Source of the DNA: Azolla caroliniana
Lineage: Eukaryota; Plantae; Polypodiophyta
Assembly: GCA_043228905.1 (NCBI GenBank)
Contig: JBHGNT010000586.1
Location: 1-19,921, forward strand
Direction: 5' to 3'
DNA: 19,921 nucleotides
Made by a program: the position numbers and the translations under genes. Positions 17,809 to 19,921 of the stretch are shown here, one piece after another. Within the stretch, counting starts at the first letter, position 1, and the number at the start of each line of letters is the position of its first letter. The notes under the pieces were generated by a model. That model worked only from the letters and a program-made list of their open reading frames with translations. It made no database searches and was not told where the DNA came from.

Positions 17809-19921
17809 ATGAGTGAAGATTCACCGTTCTCGATTGAAGAATATTGTTTGTCATCAGACTCTTCGTTTTCTACCGAAGAGTATTGTTTGTCATCAGACTC
17901 ACCATTTTCTATTGAGGAATATTGTCTGTCGACAGACTCACCATATTCTATCGAAGAGTATTGTCTAAGCTCATCTTCACCAACAACGAGAGTGAATAAT
18001 GACACATGTGAAGAGTTCTCTATTGAAGAATACGAGATTAATAAAGATATGGAGAATGAAGGTAATGCCAATGAAACATCGAATATCATGGGCGATGGTC
18101 ACAACAAAGAATTGGATAGTAACAATGTTACACCAACTTCTATGCAGGAAGAGAAATCCGGAAGCCCTATGCATATTAGAAGAATCCCACGAAGAATTCG
18201 TCTGGCTAGATTTAACTTGGTGACATCAGATAATAGATTAGATTTGATGTCAAAAAAATATGTTGTGCCCGTGGTTGTATGTCTATGATTGGAAAATGAA
18301 AGTTGCGAGAATTAAGGCAATACTATTTTTCGATGACTGGTGATGAGCAAGACACTTACCTCGGGTCACATATGCAACTAGTGTTTGACAAATGTACGGG
18401 GATCAAAGTATCATTCGAGTATTATATCTTCCATGCGCAACAAATATGTAGAGTTACATTTAAAATTGTGTTATGTGTTAGTAACATGCGGCTACATAGA
18501 GTACAACAACGTCTACTTAGCGGGGACCAGATGCTCAATTGTAAAGAGGTTCCAAGTATGAAAGGTGCAATTGGAAGACATGCTATTGGTTGGATGAAAA
18601 CTTACTTTCAGTTAAATTGTGAAGTAATGCCCACTACAGGTAGGATGCTCCTTTCTGATAATTACACACGTCGGGAAGTTTATGATGTCTATCGATCTGA
18701 TATGGTGGGCTCACGTAATAAGTTTGTCACATATAGCCAATTCACAAGATTATGGAGAGGTCGGTTTTCAAATGTTATCATTCCACGTAAAGTACGCATG
18801 GGATATTGCTCCATTTGTGCAAATCTTAAAAGTTTGGCTAAAGGTGCAAAGACATCAATGGAAAAGGATATGAGTAAGAAGTTACTACAAGAGCATCGTG
18901 AGGCACAATCATTAGAACGAAAGAAGGTGATGCATCATAGAGAGAAGTGTTTGAAGAGGCCCGAACAATACATATGCTTAAGATGGCATGGACCAGAAGA
19001 AGATGTGCTTGCCGCATATGCGGAGGCTCCCGAAAGACGTCAATGATGAATGCCTTGTTCAAATGCACTTGGTGGAATGCTTGGATTATAATAGGTCTAT
19101 TGGATCTCACGTCTTCATTACATACCCCAATGTTCACAATGACCCTAACCTAACAGTTATAATGATTCACCGAGTTTTGATGTCTTGGGGCCAACCTTTC
19201 CCCCCTGTTCTATACATTCAATTGGACAATACTGCTAGAGAGAACAAAAATTCAACTGTGTTTGGCTATCTAAGTATGTTGGTCAACCAAGGATTGTTTA
19301 GGAAAGTGAAAGTCAATTTTCTTTTGGTTGGCCACACACATGATCATATAGATCAAATGTTTAGCACATTCTCCAGACAGTTGTCTCGGCATGATGCTTT
19401 CACATTACTTAAACTATTTGATGTCATTTGTGATGCATATACACCACGCCCAAAAGTGTTACACTTGAAGGAGGTATATGACTTTAAGATATATATATTA
19501 GATGGGGGTGTTGGGAATGTTAAAGTGCTTGCCCAATTAAACAATATAAGCTTCAATCACATTTTTATGAGAAAGAAAAATGAAATAAGTGGTTCTACAC
19601 TTTTGTATGCTAAACAATATTCATCTTCTACAACATGGGAACCTGAAGGTGGTTGCTAGTTATTACTTTGTATGCCGAGTAAAATTGTCCATAGAGCTAA
19701 GCAAATGCCAATTGAGAAGAAAGGACAGTTGCAAAGTGACTTGGTATCGAAACAAAAACGGTTATGGCTCCAAGTCTTAGAAGAAAAAAGAAAGCATGTT
19801 GAGGCCGCCAAGAAATATGCCGCACAACAAGACACGTCATGGTGGGATGTATTTTATAGTGATCAAAAAGGAATTATAGACAATTGTGTATTTGGTGATA
19901 ATTGGAATTTGGAAATGCCAT
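17809..19921 (+). pseudogene. DDD-type transposase pseudogene (DUF7869/Sola1-like)
   Basis: Joined frames give CCARGC, FTRLWRGRFSNVIIP, CSIC..H, DGMDQKK, LYIQLDNTARENKN and FLLVGHTHDHIDQMFS. Lesions: frameshift near the A7 run 18252-18258, TGA 18297-18299, frameshift at ~18980, TAG 19657-19659 (the frame stays open to the window end). Confidence 0.85.
17821..17976 (+). repeat. 4 x 39-bp coding repeat (SPFSIEEYCLSSD)
   Basis: Units at 17821, 17860, 17899 and 17938, plus a partial fifth (FSIEEY) near 18016. Confidence 0.92.

Larger units (their letters stand above)
16733..19921 (+). mobile_element. Decayed DNA transposon (DUF7869/Sola1-like), truncated by the window end
   Basis: Abrupt end of the tRNA array, palindromic end repeats and a DDD-type transposase pseudogene. 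The other end is not in the window, so TIR and TSD cannot be verified. Confidence 0.65.

Noticed and set aside
18250-18990. Introns explaining the transposase frame breaks
   Set aside because: Conserved-looking motifs (CCARGC, YICL/DGMDQ) run directly across the breaks and leave no room for introns; small indels and nonsense changes are simpler.

Overview
Eukaryotic, most likely land-plant, repetitive DNA in three parts. (1) 1-10872 and 16328-16732: a tandem array built from ~0.5-kb monomers, each carrying a minus-strand, intron-containing tRNA-Tyr(GTA) gene or a relic of one. There are 12 recognisable tRNA-Tyr copies (about 4-5 look intact), 8 strongly diverged copies and 5 half copies, arranged in ~1.0-kb and ~0.76-kb units that form a ~1765-bp higher-order repeat. 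(2) 10873-16327: a young, full-length Ty1/Copia (Tnt1/Tork-like) LTR retrotransposon on the minus strand, with ~99% identical LTRs, an AAAAT target-site duplication, a tRNA-iMet PBS, a PPT and one uninterrupted gag-pol ORF. It is unusually rich in CCGG. (3) 16733 to the window end: the array stops abruptly at a cluster of 25-bp palindromes spaced ~51 bp apart. CCAAT-box repeats follow, then a decayed DDD-type transposase gene (DUF7869/Sola1-like; two frameshifts, two nonsense codons) with a 13-aa N-terminal repeat. All counts and alignments were done by eye.
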